DNA from: Eledone cirrhosa
Taxonomy: Eukaryota
Direction: 5' to 3'
Length of the DNA stretch: 64,000 nt
NCBI GenBank assembly: GCA_964016885.1
Contig: OZ024755.1
Span: 32,054,001-32,118,000, forward strand
Each line of letters starts with the position of its first letter. The first letter of the stretch is position 1. Made by a program: the position numbers and the translations under genes. Under the pieces are notes generated by a model. That model was given only the letters and a program-made list of their open reading frames with translations. It had not been told where the DNA came from and searched no databases. Below, in pieces: positions 32,737 to 47,700 of this stretch.

Positions 32737-35700
32737 AATTTTTCTTGTAAAAGCTAAACAATATGAACTTTCATGGGACGTTACTCTCTCACTGAATATC
32801 TAACACTTTAATTTTATCTCTCTCTGTATAATGGCCTATCTCTCTCCCTCTGTGTCTCTCTCTCTTTAGTTGTGTGTGTGTGTAGTTCTCGGGTAAAAAC
32901 AATAAAACATCTCTCTTTTTTTATATATAGATTACCTGATCTAGTATCAGTTATTTTAAAGATATAGTGACTATTACCTGATCCAGTGTCAGTTAAAGAA
33001 GATATAGTTATTATTGGTTGATCTAGTATAAATTATTTTAAAGATATAGTTACTATTACCTGATCCAGTATCAGTTAAATATGATATAGTTATTATTGGT
33101 TGATCTAGTAAAAGTTATTTTAAAGATATAGTTACAATTACCTGATCCAGTATCAGTTAAAGATGAGATAGTTATTATTCATTGATCTAGTATCAGTTAT
33201 TTTAAAGATATAGTTACTATTACCTGGTCCAGTATCAGTTAAAGATGATATAGTTATTATTGGTTGATCTAGTATCAGTTATTTTAAAGATATAGTTACT
33301 ATTACCTGATCCAGTATCAGTTAACGATGGTATAGTTATTATTGGTTGATCTAGTATCAGTTATTTTAAAATTTGATATAATTACAATTATCTAATCCAG
33401 TATTAGTTATTTTAAAGATTAACATAGTTACTACTAGCTGAGGTACCCGGCTTTGCCTGGGAGAATAGTTAAGAGAAGGCGGATAAAAGAAAAAATGACT
33501 GAATTGGATATGTTGAGCATGCGTTGACGCCATAATGTGACAAAAAAGAAGAGAATAAAAATAAAAAACATCCTTATTAAGCTGTGGGAGTAAACTGCTG
33601 ATTAAATCGTAGCATTGGCCTTGGATATTAAATGTGAAATAACCATAGTCAGTAAGATCTTTTTCAGCTCCAAAGGATGTCATATGAAACACTGCATAAC
33701 ATTGCTTCTGAAGTATTTAGCTTCATTAGTACGGTCAGTAAATTGTATATGGATAAAAGCTGGAGGTAAACTAATTTCAAATAGTATCAATTTTTCTTGT
33801 AAAAGCTAAACAATATAAACTTTCATCGGACATTACTCTCTCACTGAATATCTAACACTTTAATTGTATCTCTCTCCCTCTGTGTCTCTCTCTCTTTAGT
33901 TGTGTGTGTGTATTGTTCTCGGGTGAAAACAATAAAACATCACTCTTTTTTTATATATAGATTACCTGATCTAGTATCAGTTATTTTAAAGATATAGTTA
34001 CTATTACCTGATCCAGTACCAGTTAAAGATGATATAGTTATTATTGGTTGATCTAGTATCAGTTATTTTAAAGATATAGTTACTATTACCTGATCCAGTG
34101 ACAGTTAAAGATGATATAGTTATTATTGGTTGATCTAGTATCAGTTATTTTAAAGATATAGTTACTATTACCTGATCCAGTACCAGTTAAAGATGATATA
34201 GTTATTATTGGTTGATCTAGTATCAGTTATTTTAAAGATATAGTTACTATTACCTGATCCAGTGAGAGTTAAAGATGATATAGTCATTATTGGTTGATCT
34301 AGTATCAGTTATTTTAAAGATATAGTTACTATTACCTGATCTAGTATCAGTTAAAGATGATATAGTTATTATTGCTTGATCTGGTATCAGTTATTTTAAA
34401 GGTATATTTACTATTACCTGATCCAGTACCAGTTAAAGATGATATAGTTATTATTGGTTGATCTAGTATCAGTTATTTTAAAGATATAGTTACTATTACC
34501 TGATCCAGTATCAGTTAAAGATGTTATAGTCATTATTGGTTGATCTAGTATCAGTTATTTTAAAGATATAGTTACTATTACCTGATCCAGTACCAGTTAA
34601 AGATGATATAGTTATTATTGGTTGATCTAGTATAAGTTATTTTAAAGATATAGTTAATATTACCTGATCCAGTATCAGTTAAAGATATAATTATTATTGG
34701 TTGATCTAGTATCAGTTATTTTAAAGATATAGTTACTATTACCTGATCCAGTATCAGTTAAAGATGTTATAGTCATTATTGGTTGATCTAGTATCAGTTA
34801 TTTTAAAGATATAGTTACTATTACCTGATCCAGTATCAGTTAAAGATGATATAGTTATTATTGGTTGATCTAGTATCAGTTATTTTAAAGATATAGTTAC
34901 TATTACCTGATCCAGTATCAGTTAAAGATGTTATAGTCATTATTGGTTGATCTAGTATCAGTTATTTTAAAGATATAGTTACTATTACCTGATCCAGTAT
35001 CAGTTAAAGATGATATAGTTATTATTGGTTGATCTAGTATCCGTTATTTTAAAGTTTGATATACTTACAATTACCTAATCCAGTTTTAGTTATTTTAAAG
35101 ATTGACATAGTTACTACTAGCTGAGGTACCCGTCTATGCCTAGGAGAATAGTTAAGAGAAGGCGGATAAAAGAAGAAAATGACTGTATTGGATATGTTGA
35201 GCACGCGTTGAGGTCGTAATGTGACAAAAAAGAAGAGAATAAAAATAAAAAAACTTCCTTATTAAGCTGTGGGAGTAAACTGCTGATTAAATCGTAGCAT
35301 TGGCCTTGGATTTTAAATGTGAAATAACCAGAGTCAGTAAGATGTTTTTCAGCTCCAAAGGATGTCATATGAAACACTGCATAACATTGCTTCTGAAGTA
35401 TTTAGCTTCATTAGTACGGTCTGTAAGTAGTATATGGATAAAAGCTGGAAGGTATATTAATTTCAAATAGTATCAATTTTTATAGTAAAAGCTAAACAAG
35501 ATAAATTTTCCTGGGACGTTACTCTCTCACTATATATCTAACACTTTAATCGTATCTCTCTTTGTATAACGGCCTATGTCTCTTCCTCTGTGTCACTCAC
35601 TCTGTAGTTGTGTGTGTGTAGTTCTTGGGTTAAAACAATAAACATCTCTCTTTTTGTATATATAGATTACCTGATCTAGTGTCAGTTATTTTAAAGATAT

Positions 35701-38700
35701 AGTTACTATTACCTGATCCAGTATCAGTTAAAAATAATCGTTATTATTGGTTGATCTAGTATAAGTTATTTTAAAGATATAGTTACTATTACCTGATGCA
35801 GTATCAGTTAAAGATGATATAGTTATTATTGGTTGATCTAGTATAAGTTATTTTAAAGATATATTTACTGTTACCTGATCCAGTATCGGTTATAGATGTT
35901 ATAGTTATTATTGGTTGCTCTAGTATAAGTTATTTTAAAGATATATTTACTGTAACCTGATCCAGTATCGGTTATAGATGATATAGTTATTATTGGTTGA
36001 TCTAGTATAAGTTATTTTAAAGATATATTTACTATAACCTGATCCAGTGTCAGTTAAAGATGATATAGTTATTATTGGTTGATCTAGTATCAGTTATTTT
36101 AAAGATATTGTTACTATTACCTGATCTAGTATCAGTTAAAGATGATATAGTTATTATTGGTTGATCTAGTATAAGTTATTTTAAAGATATATTTACTATT
36201 ACCGGATCCAGTATCGGTTAAAGATGATATAGTTATTATTGGTTGATCTAGTATCAGTTATTTTAAAGATATAGTTACTATTACCTGATCCAGTATCAGT
36301 TAACGATGGTATAGTTATTATTGGTTGATCTAGTATCAGTTATTTTAAAATTTGATATAATTACAATTATCTAATCCAGTATTAGTTATTTTAAAGATTA
36401 ACATAGTTACTACTAGCTGAGGTACCCGGCTTTGCCTGGGAGAATAGTTAAGAGAAGGCGGATAAAAGAAAAAATGACTGAATTGGATATGTTGAGCATG
36501 CGTTGACGCCATAATGTGACAAAAAAGAAGAGAATAAAAATAAAAAACATCCTTATTAAGCTGTGGGAGTAAACTGCTGATTAAATCGTAGCATTGGCCT
36601 TGGATATTAAATGTGAAATAACCATAGTCAGTAAGATCTTTTTCAGCTCCAAAGGATGTCATATGAAACACTGCATAACATTGCTTCTGAAGTATTTAGC
36701 TTCATTAGTACGGTCAGTAAATTGTATATGGATAAAAGCTGGAGGTAAACTAATTTCAAATAGTATCAATTTTTCTTGTAAAAGCTAAACAATATAAACT
36801 TTCATCGGACATTACTCTCTCACTGAATATCTAACACTTTAATTGTATCTCTCTCCCTCTGTGTCTCTCTCTCTTTAGTTGTGTGTGTGTGTGTATTGTT
36901 CTCGGGTGAAAACAATAAAACATCACTCTTTTTTTATATATAGATTACCTGATCTAGTATCAGTTATTTTAAAGATATAGTTACTATTACCTGATCCAGT
37001 ACCAGTTAAAGATGATATAGTTATTATTGGTTGATCTAGTATCAGTTATTTTAAAGATATAGTTACTATTACCTGATCCAGTGACAGTTAAAGATGATAT
37101 AGTTATTATTGGTTGATCTAGTATCAGTTATTTTAAAGATATAGTTACTATTACCTGATCCAGTACCAGTTAAAGATGATATAGTTATTATTGGTTGATC
37201 TAGTATCAGTTATTTTAAAGATATAGTTACTATTACCTGATCCAGTGAGAGTTAAAGATGATATAGTCATTATTGGTTGATCTAGTATCAGTTATTTTAA
37301 AGATATAGTTACTATTACCTGATCTAGTATCAGTTAAAGATGATATAGTTATTATTGCTTGATCTGGTATCAGTTATTTTAAAGGTATATTTACTATTAC
37401 CTGATCCAGTACCAGTTAAAGATGATATAGTTATTATTGGTTGATCTAGTATCAGTTATTTTAAAGATATAGTTACTATTACCTGATCCAGTATCAGTTA
37501 AAGATGTTATAGTCATTATTGGTTGATCTAGTATCAGTTATTTTAAAGATATAGTTACTATTACCTGATCCAGTACCAGTTAAAGATGATATAGTTATTA
37601 TTGGTTGATCTAGTATAAGTTATTTTAAAGATATAGTTAATATTACCTGATCCAGTATCAGTTAAAGATATAATTATTATTGGTTGATCTAGTATCAGTT
37701 ATTTTAAAGATATAGTTACTATTACCTGATCCAGTATCAGTTAAAGATGTTATAGTCATTATTGGTTGATCTAGTATCAGTTATTTTAAAGATATAGTTA
37801 CTATTACCTGATCCAGTATCAGTTAAAGATGATATAGTTATTATTGGTTGATCTAGTATCAGTTATTTTAAAGATATAGTTACTATTACCTGATCCAGTA
37901 TCAGTTAAAGATGTTATAGTCATTATTGGTTGATCTAGTATCAGTTATTTTAAAGATATAGTTACTATTACCTGATCCAGTATCAGTTAAAGATGATATA
38001 GTTATTATTGGTTGATCTAGTATCCGTTATTTTAAAGTTTGATATACTTACAATTACCTAATCCAGTTTTAGTTATTTTAAAGATTGACATAGTTACTAC
38101 TAGCTGAGGTACCCGTCTATGCCTAGGAGAATAGTTAAGAGAAGGCGGATAAAAGAAGAAAATGACTGTATTGGATATGTTGAGCACGCGTTGAGGTCGT
38201 AATGTGACAAAAAAGAAGAGAATAAAAATAAAAAAACTTCCTTATTAAGCTGTGGGAGTAAACTGCTGATTAAATCGTAGCATTGGCCTTGGATTTTAAA
38301 TGTGAAATAACCATAGTCAGTAAGATCTTTTTCAGCTCCAAAGGATGTCATATGAAACACTGCATAACATTGCTTCTGAAGTATTTAGCTTCATTAGTAC
38401 GGTCTGTAAGTAGTATATGGATAAAAGCTGGAAGGTATATTAATTTCAAATAGTATCAATTTTTATAGTAAAAGCTAAACAAGATAAATTTTCCTGGGAC
38501 GTTACTCTCTCACTATATATCTAACACTTTAATCGTATCTCTCTTTGTATAACGGCCTATGTCTCTTCCTCTGTGTCACTCACTCTGTAGTTGTGTGTGT
38601 GTAGTTCTTGGGTTAAAACAATAAACATCTCTCTTTTTGTATATATAGATTACCTGATCTAGTGTCAGTTATTTTAAAGATATAGTTACTATTACCTGAT

Positions 38701-41700
38701 CCAGTATCAGTTAAAAATAATCGTTATTATTGGTTGATCTAGTATAAGTTATTTTAAAGATATAGTTACTATTACCTGATGCAGTATCAGTTAAAGATGA
38801 TATAGTTATTATTGGTTGATCTAGTATAAGTTATTTTAAAGATATATTTACTGTTACCTGATCCAGTATCGGTTATAGATGTTATAGTTATTATTGGTTG
38901 CTCTAGTATAAGTTATTTTAAAGATATATTTACTATAACCTGATCCAGTGTCAGTTAAAGATGATATAGTTATTATTGGTTGATCTAGTATCAGTTATTT
39001 TAAAGATATTGTTACTATTACCTGATCTAGTATCAGTTAAAGATGATATAGTTATTATTGGTTGATCTAGTATAAGTTATTTTAAAGATATATTTACTAT
39101 TACCGGATCCAGTATCGGTTAAAGATGATATAGTTATTATTGGTTGATCTAGTATCAGTATTTTAAAGTTTGATATAATTAGGATTACCTAATCCAGTAT
39201 TAGTTATTTTAAAGATTGACATAGCTACTACTAGCTGAGGTACCCGGATTTGCCTGGGAGAATAGTTAAGAAAAGGCGGATAAAAGAAAAAAATGACGGA
39301 ATTGGATATGTTGAGCATGCGTTGAGGCCATAATGTGACGAAAACCTTGGGTTTTAAATGTGAAATAACCATAGTCAGTAAGATCTTTTTCAGCTCCAAA
39401 GGATGTCATATGAAACACTGCATAACATTGCTTCTGAAGTATTTAGCTTCATTAGTACAGTCTGTAAGTAGTATATGGTTAAAAGCTGGAAGGTAAATTA
39501 ATTTCAAATAGTATCAATTTTTCTTGTAAAAGCTAAACAATATAAACTTTCATGGGACGTTAGTCTCTCACTTAATATCTAACACTTTAATTGTATCTCT
39601 CTCTGTATAACGGCCTATCTCTCTCCCTCTGTGTCTCTCTCTCTTTAGTTGTGTGTGTGTAGTTCTCGGGTGAAAACAATAAACATCTCTCTTTTTTATA
39701 TATAGATTACCTGATCTAGTGTCAGTTATTTCAAAGATATATTTACTATTACCTGATCCAGTATCAGTCAAAGATGATATAGTTATTATTGGTTGAACTA
39801 GTATAAGTTATTTTAAAGATATAGTTACTATTACCTGATCAAGTATCAGATAACGATCATATAGTTATTATTGGTTTATCTAGTATCAGTTATTTTAAAG
39901 ATATAGTTACTATTACCTGATCCAGTATTAGTATCGGTTAAAGATGATATAGTTATTATTGGTTGATCCAGTATAAGTTATTTTAAAGATATATTTACTA
40001 TTACCTGATCCAGTATCGGTTAAAGATGATATAGTTATTATTGGTTGATCTAGTATCAGTTATTTTAAAGATATAGTTACTATTACCTGATCCAGTATCG
40101 GTTATAGATGATATAGTTATTATTGGTTGATCTGGTATAAGTTATTTTAACGATATATTTACTATTACCTGATCCAGTATCAGTTAAAGATGATATAGTT
40201 ATTATTGGTTGATCTAGTATCAGTTATTTTAAAGATATAGTTACTATTACCTGATCCAGTGTCAGTTAAAGATGATATAGTTATTATTGGTTGATCTAGT
40301 ATAAGTTATTTTAAATATATATTTACTATTACCTGATCCAGTATCACTTAAAATGATATAGTTATTATTGGTTGATCTAGTATGTTATTTTAAAGATATA
40401 GTTACTATTACCTGATCCAGTATCAGATCAAGAAGATATAGTTATTATTGGTTTATCTAGTATCAGTTATTTTAAAGATATAGTTACTATTACCTGATCT
40501 AGTATCAGTTAAAGATTATATAGTTATTATTGGTTGATCTAGTATCAGTTATTTTAGAGATATATTTACTATTACCGGATCCAGTATTGGTTAAAGATGA
40601 TATAGTTATTATTGGTTGATCTAGTATCAGTATTTTAAAGTTTGATATAATTACAATTACCTAATCCAGTATTAGTTATTTTAAAGATTGACATAGCTAC
40701 TACTAGCTGAGGTACCCGGCTTTGCCTAGGAGAATATTTAAGAGAAAGCGGATAAAAGAAAAAAATGATTGTATTGGATATGTTGAGCACGCTTTGGAGA
40801 CGTAATGTGACAAAAAAGAAGAGAATAAAAAAAAAAAACTTCCTTATTAAGCTGTAGGTGTAAACTGCTGATTAAATTGTAGCATTGGCCTTGGGTTTTA
40901 AATGTGAAATAACCATAGTCAGTAAAATCTTTTTCAGCTCCAAAGGATGTCATATGAAACACTGCATAACATTCCTACTGAAGTATTTAGCTTCATTAGT
41001 ACGGTCTGTAAGTAGTATATGGATAAAAGCTGGAAGGTAAATTAATTTCAAATAGTATCAATTTTTCTTGTAAAAGCTAAACAATATAAACTTTCATGGG
41101 AAGTTACTCTCTCACTGAATATCTAACACTTTAATTTTATCTCTCTCTGTATAACGGCCTATCTCTCTCCCTCTATGTCTCTCTCTCTTTAGTTGTGTGT
41201 GTGTGTGTAGTTCTCGGGTCAAAACAATAAACATCTCTCTTTTTTTATATATAGATTACTTGATCTAGTATCAGTTATTTTAAAGATATAGTTACTATTA
41301 CCTGATCTAGTATCAGTTAACGATGATATAGTTATTATTGGTTGATCTAGTATCAGTTATTTTAAAGTTTGATATAATTACAATTATCTAATCCCGTATT
41401 AGTTATTTTAAAGATTGACATAGTTCCTACTAGCTGAGGTACCCGGATTTGCCTTGGAGAATAGTTAAGAGAAGGCGGATAATAGAAAAAAATGATTGTA
41501 TTGGATATGTTGAGCATGCGTTGGGGCCGTAATGTGACAAAAAAGTTGAGAATAAAAATAAAAAAACTTCCTTATTAAGCTGTGGGAGTAAACTGCTGAT
41601 TAAATTGTAGCATTGGCCTTGGGTTTTAAATGTGAAATAACCATAGTCAGTAAGATCTTTTTCAGCTCCAAAGGATGTCATATGAAACACAGCATAACAT

Positions 41701-44700
41701 TGCTTCTGAAGTATTTAGCTTCATTAGTACGGTCTGTAAGTAGTATATGGATAAAAGCTGGAAGGTAAATTAATTTCAAATAGTATCAATTTTTCTTGTA
41801 AAAGCTAAACAATATAAACTTTCATGGGACGTTACTATCTCACTGAATATCTAACACTTTAATTGTATCTCTCTTTGTATAACGGCCTATCTCTCTCCCT
41901 CTGTGTCTCTCTCTCTTTAGTTGTGTGTGTGTAGTTCTCGGGTGAAAACAATAAACATCTCTCTTTTTTTATATATAGATTACCTGATCTAGTGTCAGTT
42001 ATTTTAAAGATATAGTTACTATTACCTGATCCAGCATCAGTTAAAGATGATATAGTTATTATTGGTTGATCTAGTATCAGTTATTTTAAAGATATAGTTA
42101 CTATCACCTGATCCAGCATCAGTTAAAGATGATATAGTTATTATTGGTTGATCTAGTATCAGTTATTTTAAAGATATAGTTACTATTACCTGATCCAGTA
42201 TCAGTTAAAGATGATATTGTTATTATGGGTTGATCTAGTATCAGTTATTTTAAAGATATATTTACTATTACCTGATCCAGTACCAGTTAAATATGATATA
42301 GTTATTATTCATTGATCTAGTATCAGTTATTTTAAAGATATAGTTACTATTACCTGATCCAGTATCAGTTAAAGATGATATAGTTATTATTGGTTGATCT
42401 AGTATCAGTTATTTTAAAGATATAGTTACTATTACCTGATCCAGTATCAGTTAACGATGGTATAGTTATTATTGGTTGATCTAGTATCAGTTATTTTAAA
42501 GTTTGATATAATTACAATTATCTAATCCAGTATTAGTTATTTTAAAGATTAACATAGTTACTACTAGCTGAGGTACCCGGCTTTGCCTGGGAGAATAGTT
42601 AAGAGAAGGCGAATAAAAGAAAAAATGACTGAATTGGATATGTTGAGCATGCGTTGAGGCCATAATGTGACAAAAAAGAAGAGAATAAAAATAAAAAAAA
42701 TCCTTATTAAGCTGTGGGAGTAAACTGCTGATTAAATCGTAGCATTGGCCTTGGATTTTAAATGTGAAATAACCATAGTCAGTAAGATATTTTTCAGCTC
42801 CAAAGGATGTCATATGAAACACTGCATAACATTGCTTCTAAAGTATTTAGCTTCATTAGTACGGTCTGTAAACAGTATATGGATAAAAGAGGGAGGTAAA
42901 TTAATTTCAAATAGTATCAATTTTTCTTGTAAAAGCTAAACAATATAAACTTTCATCGGATATTACTCTCTCACTGAATATCTAACACTTTAATTGTATC
43001 TCTGTCCCTCGGTGTCTCTCTCTCTTTAGTTGTGTGTGTGTATTGTTCTCGGGTGAAAACAATAAACATCTCTCTTTTTTTATATATAGATTACCTGATC
43101 TAGTATCAGTTATTTTAAAGATATAGTTACTATTACCTGATCCAGTACCAGTTAAAGATGATATAGTTATTATTGGTTGATCTAGTATCAGTTATTTTAA
43201 AGATATAGTTACTATTACCTGATCCAGTGTCAGTTAAAGATGACATAGTTATTATTGGTTGATCTAGTATAAGTTATTTTAAAGATATAGTTACTATTAC
43301 CTGATCCAGTATCAGTTAAAGATGATATAGTTATTATTGGTTGATCTAGTATCGGTTATTTTAAAGAAATAGTTACTATTACCTGATCCAGTATCAGTTA
43401 AAGATGATATAGTTATTATTGGTTGATCTAGTATCAGTTATTTTAAAGATATAGTTACTATTACCTGATCCAGTACCAGTTAAAGATGATATAGTTATTA
43501 TTGGTTGACCTAGTATCAGTTATTTTAAACATATATTTACTATTACCTGATCCAGTATCAGTTAAAGATGATATAGTTATTATTGGTTGATCTAGTATCA
43601 GTTATTTTAAAGATATAGTTACTATTACCTGATCTAGTATCAGTTAAAGATGATATAGTTATTATTGGTTGATCTGGTATCAGTTATTTTAAAGATATAT
43701 TTACTATTACCTGATCCAGTATCAGTTAAAGTTGATATAGTTATTATTGGTTGATCTAGTATCAGTTATTTTAAAGATATAGTTAATATTACCTGATCCA
43801 GTATCAGTTAAAGATGATATAGTTATTATTGGTTGATCTAGTATAAGTTATTTTAAAGATATAGTTACTATTACCTGATCCAGTATCGGTTAAAGATGAT
43901 ATATTTATTATTGGTTGATCTAGTATAAGTTATTTTAAAGATATAGTTACCATTACCTGATCCAGTATCAGTTAAAGATGATATAGTTATTATTGGTTGA
44001 TCTGGTATCAGTTATTTTAAAGCTATATTTACTATTACCTGATCCAGTATCAGTTAAAGTTGATATAGTTATTATTGGTTGATCTAGTATCAGTTATTTT
44101 AAAGATATAGTTAATATTACCTGATCCAGTATCAGTTAAAGATGATATAGTTATTATTGGTTGATCTAGTATAAGTTATTTTAAATATATAGTTATTATT
44201 ACCTGATCCAGTATCGGTTAAAGATGATATAGTTATTATTGGTTCATCTTGTATCAGTTATATTAAAGATATATTTAATATTATATGATCCAGTATCAGT
44301 TAAAGATGATATAGTTATTATTGGTTGATATAGTATAAGTTATTTTAAAGATATATTTACTATTACCTGATCCAGTATCAGTTAAAGATGATATAGTTAT
44401 TATTGGTTGATCTAGTATCAGTTATTTTAAAGATATAGTTAATATTACCTGATCCAGTATCAGTTAAAGATGATATAGTTATTATTGGTTGATCTAGTAT
44501 AAGTTATTTTAAAGATATAGTTACTATTACCTGATCCAGTATCGGTTAAAGATGATATATTTATTATTGGTTGATCTAGTATAAGTTATTTTAAAGATAT
44601 AGTTACCATTACCTGATCCAGTATCAGTTAAAGATGATATAGTTATTATTGGTTGATCTGGTATCAGTTATTTTAAAGATATATTTACTATTACCTGATC

Positions 44701-47700
44701 CAGTATCATTTAAAGATGATATAGTCATTATTGGTTGATCTATTATAAGTTATTTTAACGATATATTTACTATTACCTGATCCAGTATCAGTTAAAGATG
44801 ATATAGTTATTATTGGTTGATCTGGTATCAGTTATTTTAAAGATATATTTACTATTACCTGATCCAGTATCAGTTAAAGTTGATATAGTTATTATTGGTT
44901 GATCTAGTATAAGTTATTTTAAATATATAGTTATTATTACCTGATCCAGTATCGGTTAAAGATGATATAGTTATTATTGGTTCATCTTGTATCAGTTATA
45001 TTAAAGATATATTTAATATTACATGATTCAGTATCAGTTAAAGATGATATAGTTATTATTGGTTGATCTAGTATAAGTTATTTTAAAGATATATTTACTA
45101 TTACCTGATCCAGTATCAGTTAAAGATGATATAGTTATTATTGGTTGATCTAGTATCAGTTATTTTAAAGATATAGTTAATATTACCTGATCCAGTATCA
45201 GTTAAAGATGATATAGTTATTATTGGTTGATCTAGTATAAGTTATTTTAAAGATATAGTTACTATTACCTGATCCAGTATCGGTTAAAGATGATATATTT
45301 ATTATTGGTTGATCTAGTATAAGTTATTTTAAAGATATAGTTACTATTACCTGATCCAGTATCAGTTAAAGATGATATAGTTATTATTGGTTGATCTAGT
45401 ATCAGTTATTTTAAAGTGTGATATAGTTACAATTACCTAATCCAGTTTTAGTTATTTTAAAGATTGACATAGTTACTACTAGCTGAGGGACCCGGCTTTG
45501 CCTGGGAGAATAGTTAAGAGAAGGCGGATAAAAGAAGAAAATGACTGTATTGGATATGTTGAGCACGCGTTGAGGTCGTAATGTGACAAAAAAGTTGAGA
45601 ATAAAAATAAAAAAACTTCCTTATTAAGCTGTGGGAGTAAACTGCTGATTTAATCGTAGCATTGACCTTGGGTTTTAAATGTGAAATAACCATAGTCAGT
45701 AAGATCTTTTTCAGCTCCAAAGGATGTCATATGAAACACTGCATAACAATGCTTCTGAAGTATTTAGCTTCATTAGTACGGTCTGTAAGTAGTATATGGT
45801 TAAAAGCTGGAAGGTAAATTAATTTCAAATAGTATCAATTTTTCTTGTAAAAGCTAAACAATATAAATTTTCATGGGACGTTAGTCTCTCACTTAATATC
45901 TAACACTTTAATTGTATCTCTCTCTGTATAACGGCCTATCTCTCTCCCTCTGTGTCTCTCTCTCTTTAGTTGTGTGTGTGTAGTTCTCAGGTGAAAACAA
46001 TAAACATCTCTTTTTTTTATATATAGATTACCTGATCTAGTGTCAGTTATTTTAAAGATATAGTTACTATTACCTGATCCAGCATCAGTTAAAGATGATA
46101 TAGTTATTATTGGTTGATCTAGTATCAGTTATATTAAAGATATAGTTACTATTACCTGATCCAGTATCAGTTAAAAATAATCGTTATTATTGGTTGCTGT
46201 AGTATAAGTTATTTTAAAGATATAGTTACTATTACCTGATCCAGTATCAGTTAAAGATGATATAGTTATTACTGGTTGATCTAGTATAAGTTATTTTAAA
46301 CATATATTTACTATTACCTGATCCAGTATCGGTTATAGATGTTATAGTTATTATTTGTTGATCTAGTATAAGTTATTTTAAAGATATATTTACTATTACC
46401 TGATCCAGTATCGGTTAAAGATGATATATTTATTATTGGTTGATCTAGTATAAGTTATTTTAAAGATATAGTTACCATTACCTGATCCAGTATCAGTTAA
46501 AGATGATATAGTTATTATTGGTTGATCTGGTATCAGTTATTTTAAAGATATATTTACTATTACCTGATCCAGTATCAGTTAAAGTTGATATAGTTATTAT
46601 TGGTTGATCTAGTATCAGTTATTTTAAAGATATAGTTAATATTACCTGATCCAGTATCAGTTAAAGATGATATAGTTATTATTGGTTGATCTAGTATAAG
46701 TTATTTTAAATATATAGTTATTATTACCTGATCCAGTATCGGTTAAAGATGATATAGTTATTATTGGTTCATCTTGTATCAGTTATATTAAAGATATATT
46801 TAATATTATATGATCCAGTATCAGTTAAAGATGATATAGTTATTATTGGTTGATCTAGTATAAGTTATTTTAAAGATATATTTACTATTACCTGATCCAG
46901 TATCAGTTAAAGATGATATAGTTATTATTGGTTGATCTAGTATCAGTTATTTTAAAGATATAGTTAATATTACCTGATCCAGTATCAGTTAAAGATGATA
47001 TAGTTATTATTGGTTGATCTAGTATAAGTTATTTTAAAGATATAGTTACTATTACCTGATCCAGTATCGGTTAAAGATGATATATTTATTATTGGTTGAT
47101 CTAGTATAAGTTATTTTAAAGATATAGTTACCATTACCTGATCCAGTATCAGTTAAAGATGATATAGTTATTATTGGTTGATCTGGTATCAGTTATTTTA
47201 AAGATATATTTACTATTACCTGATCCAGTATCATTTAAAGATGATATAGTCATTATTGGTTGATCTATTATAAGTTATTTTAACGATATATTTACTATTA
47301 CCTGATCCAGTATCAGTTAAAGATGATATAGTTAATATTGGTTGATCTGGTATCAGTTATTTTAAAGATATATTTACTATTACCTGATCCAGTATCAGTT
47401 AAAGTTGATATAGTTATTATTGGTTGATCTAGTATAAGTTATTTTAAATATATAGTTATTATTACCTGATCCAGTATCGGTTAAAGATGATATAGTTATT
47501 ATTGGTTCATCTTGTATCAGTTATATTAAAGATATATTTAATATTACATGATCCAGTATCAGTTAAAGATGATATAGTTATTATTGGTTGATCTAGTATA
47601 AGTTATTTTAAAGATATATTTACTATTACCTGATCCAGTATCAGTTAAAGATGATATAGTTATTATTGGTTGATCTAGTATCAGTTATTTTAAAGATATA

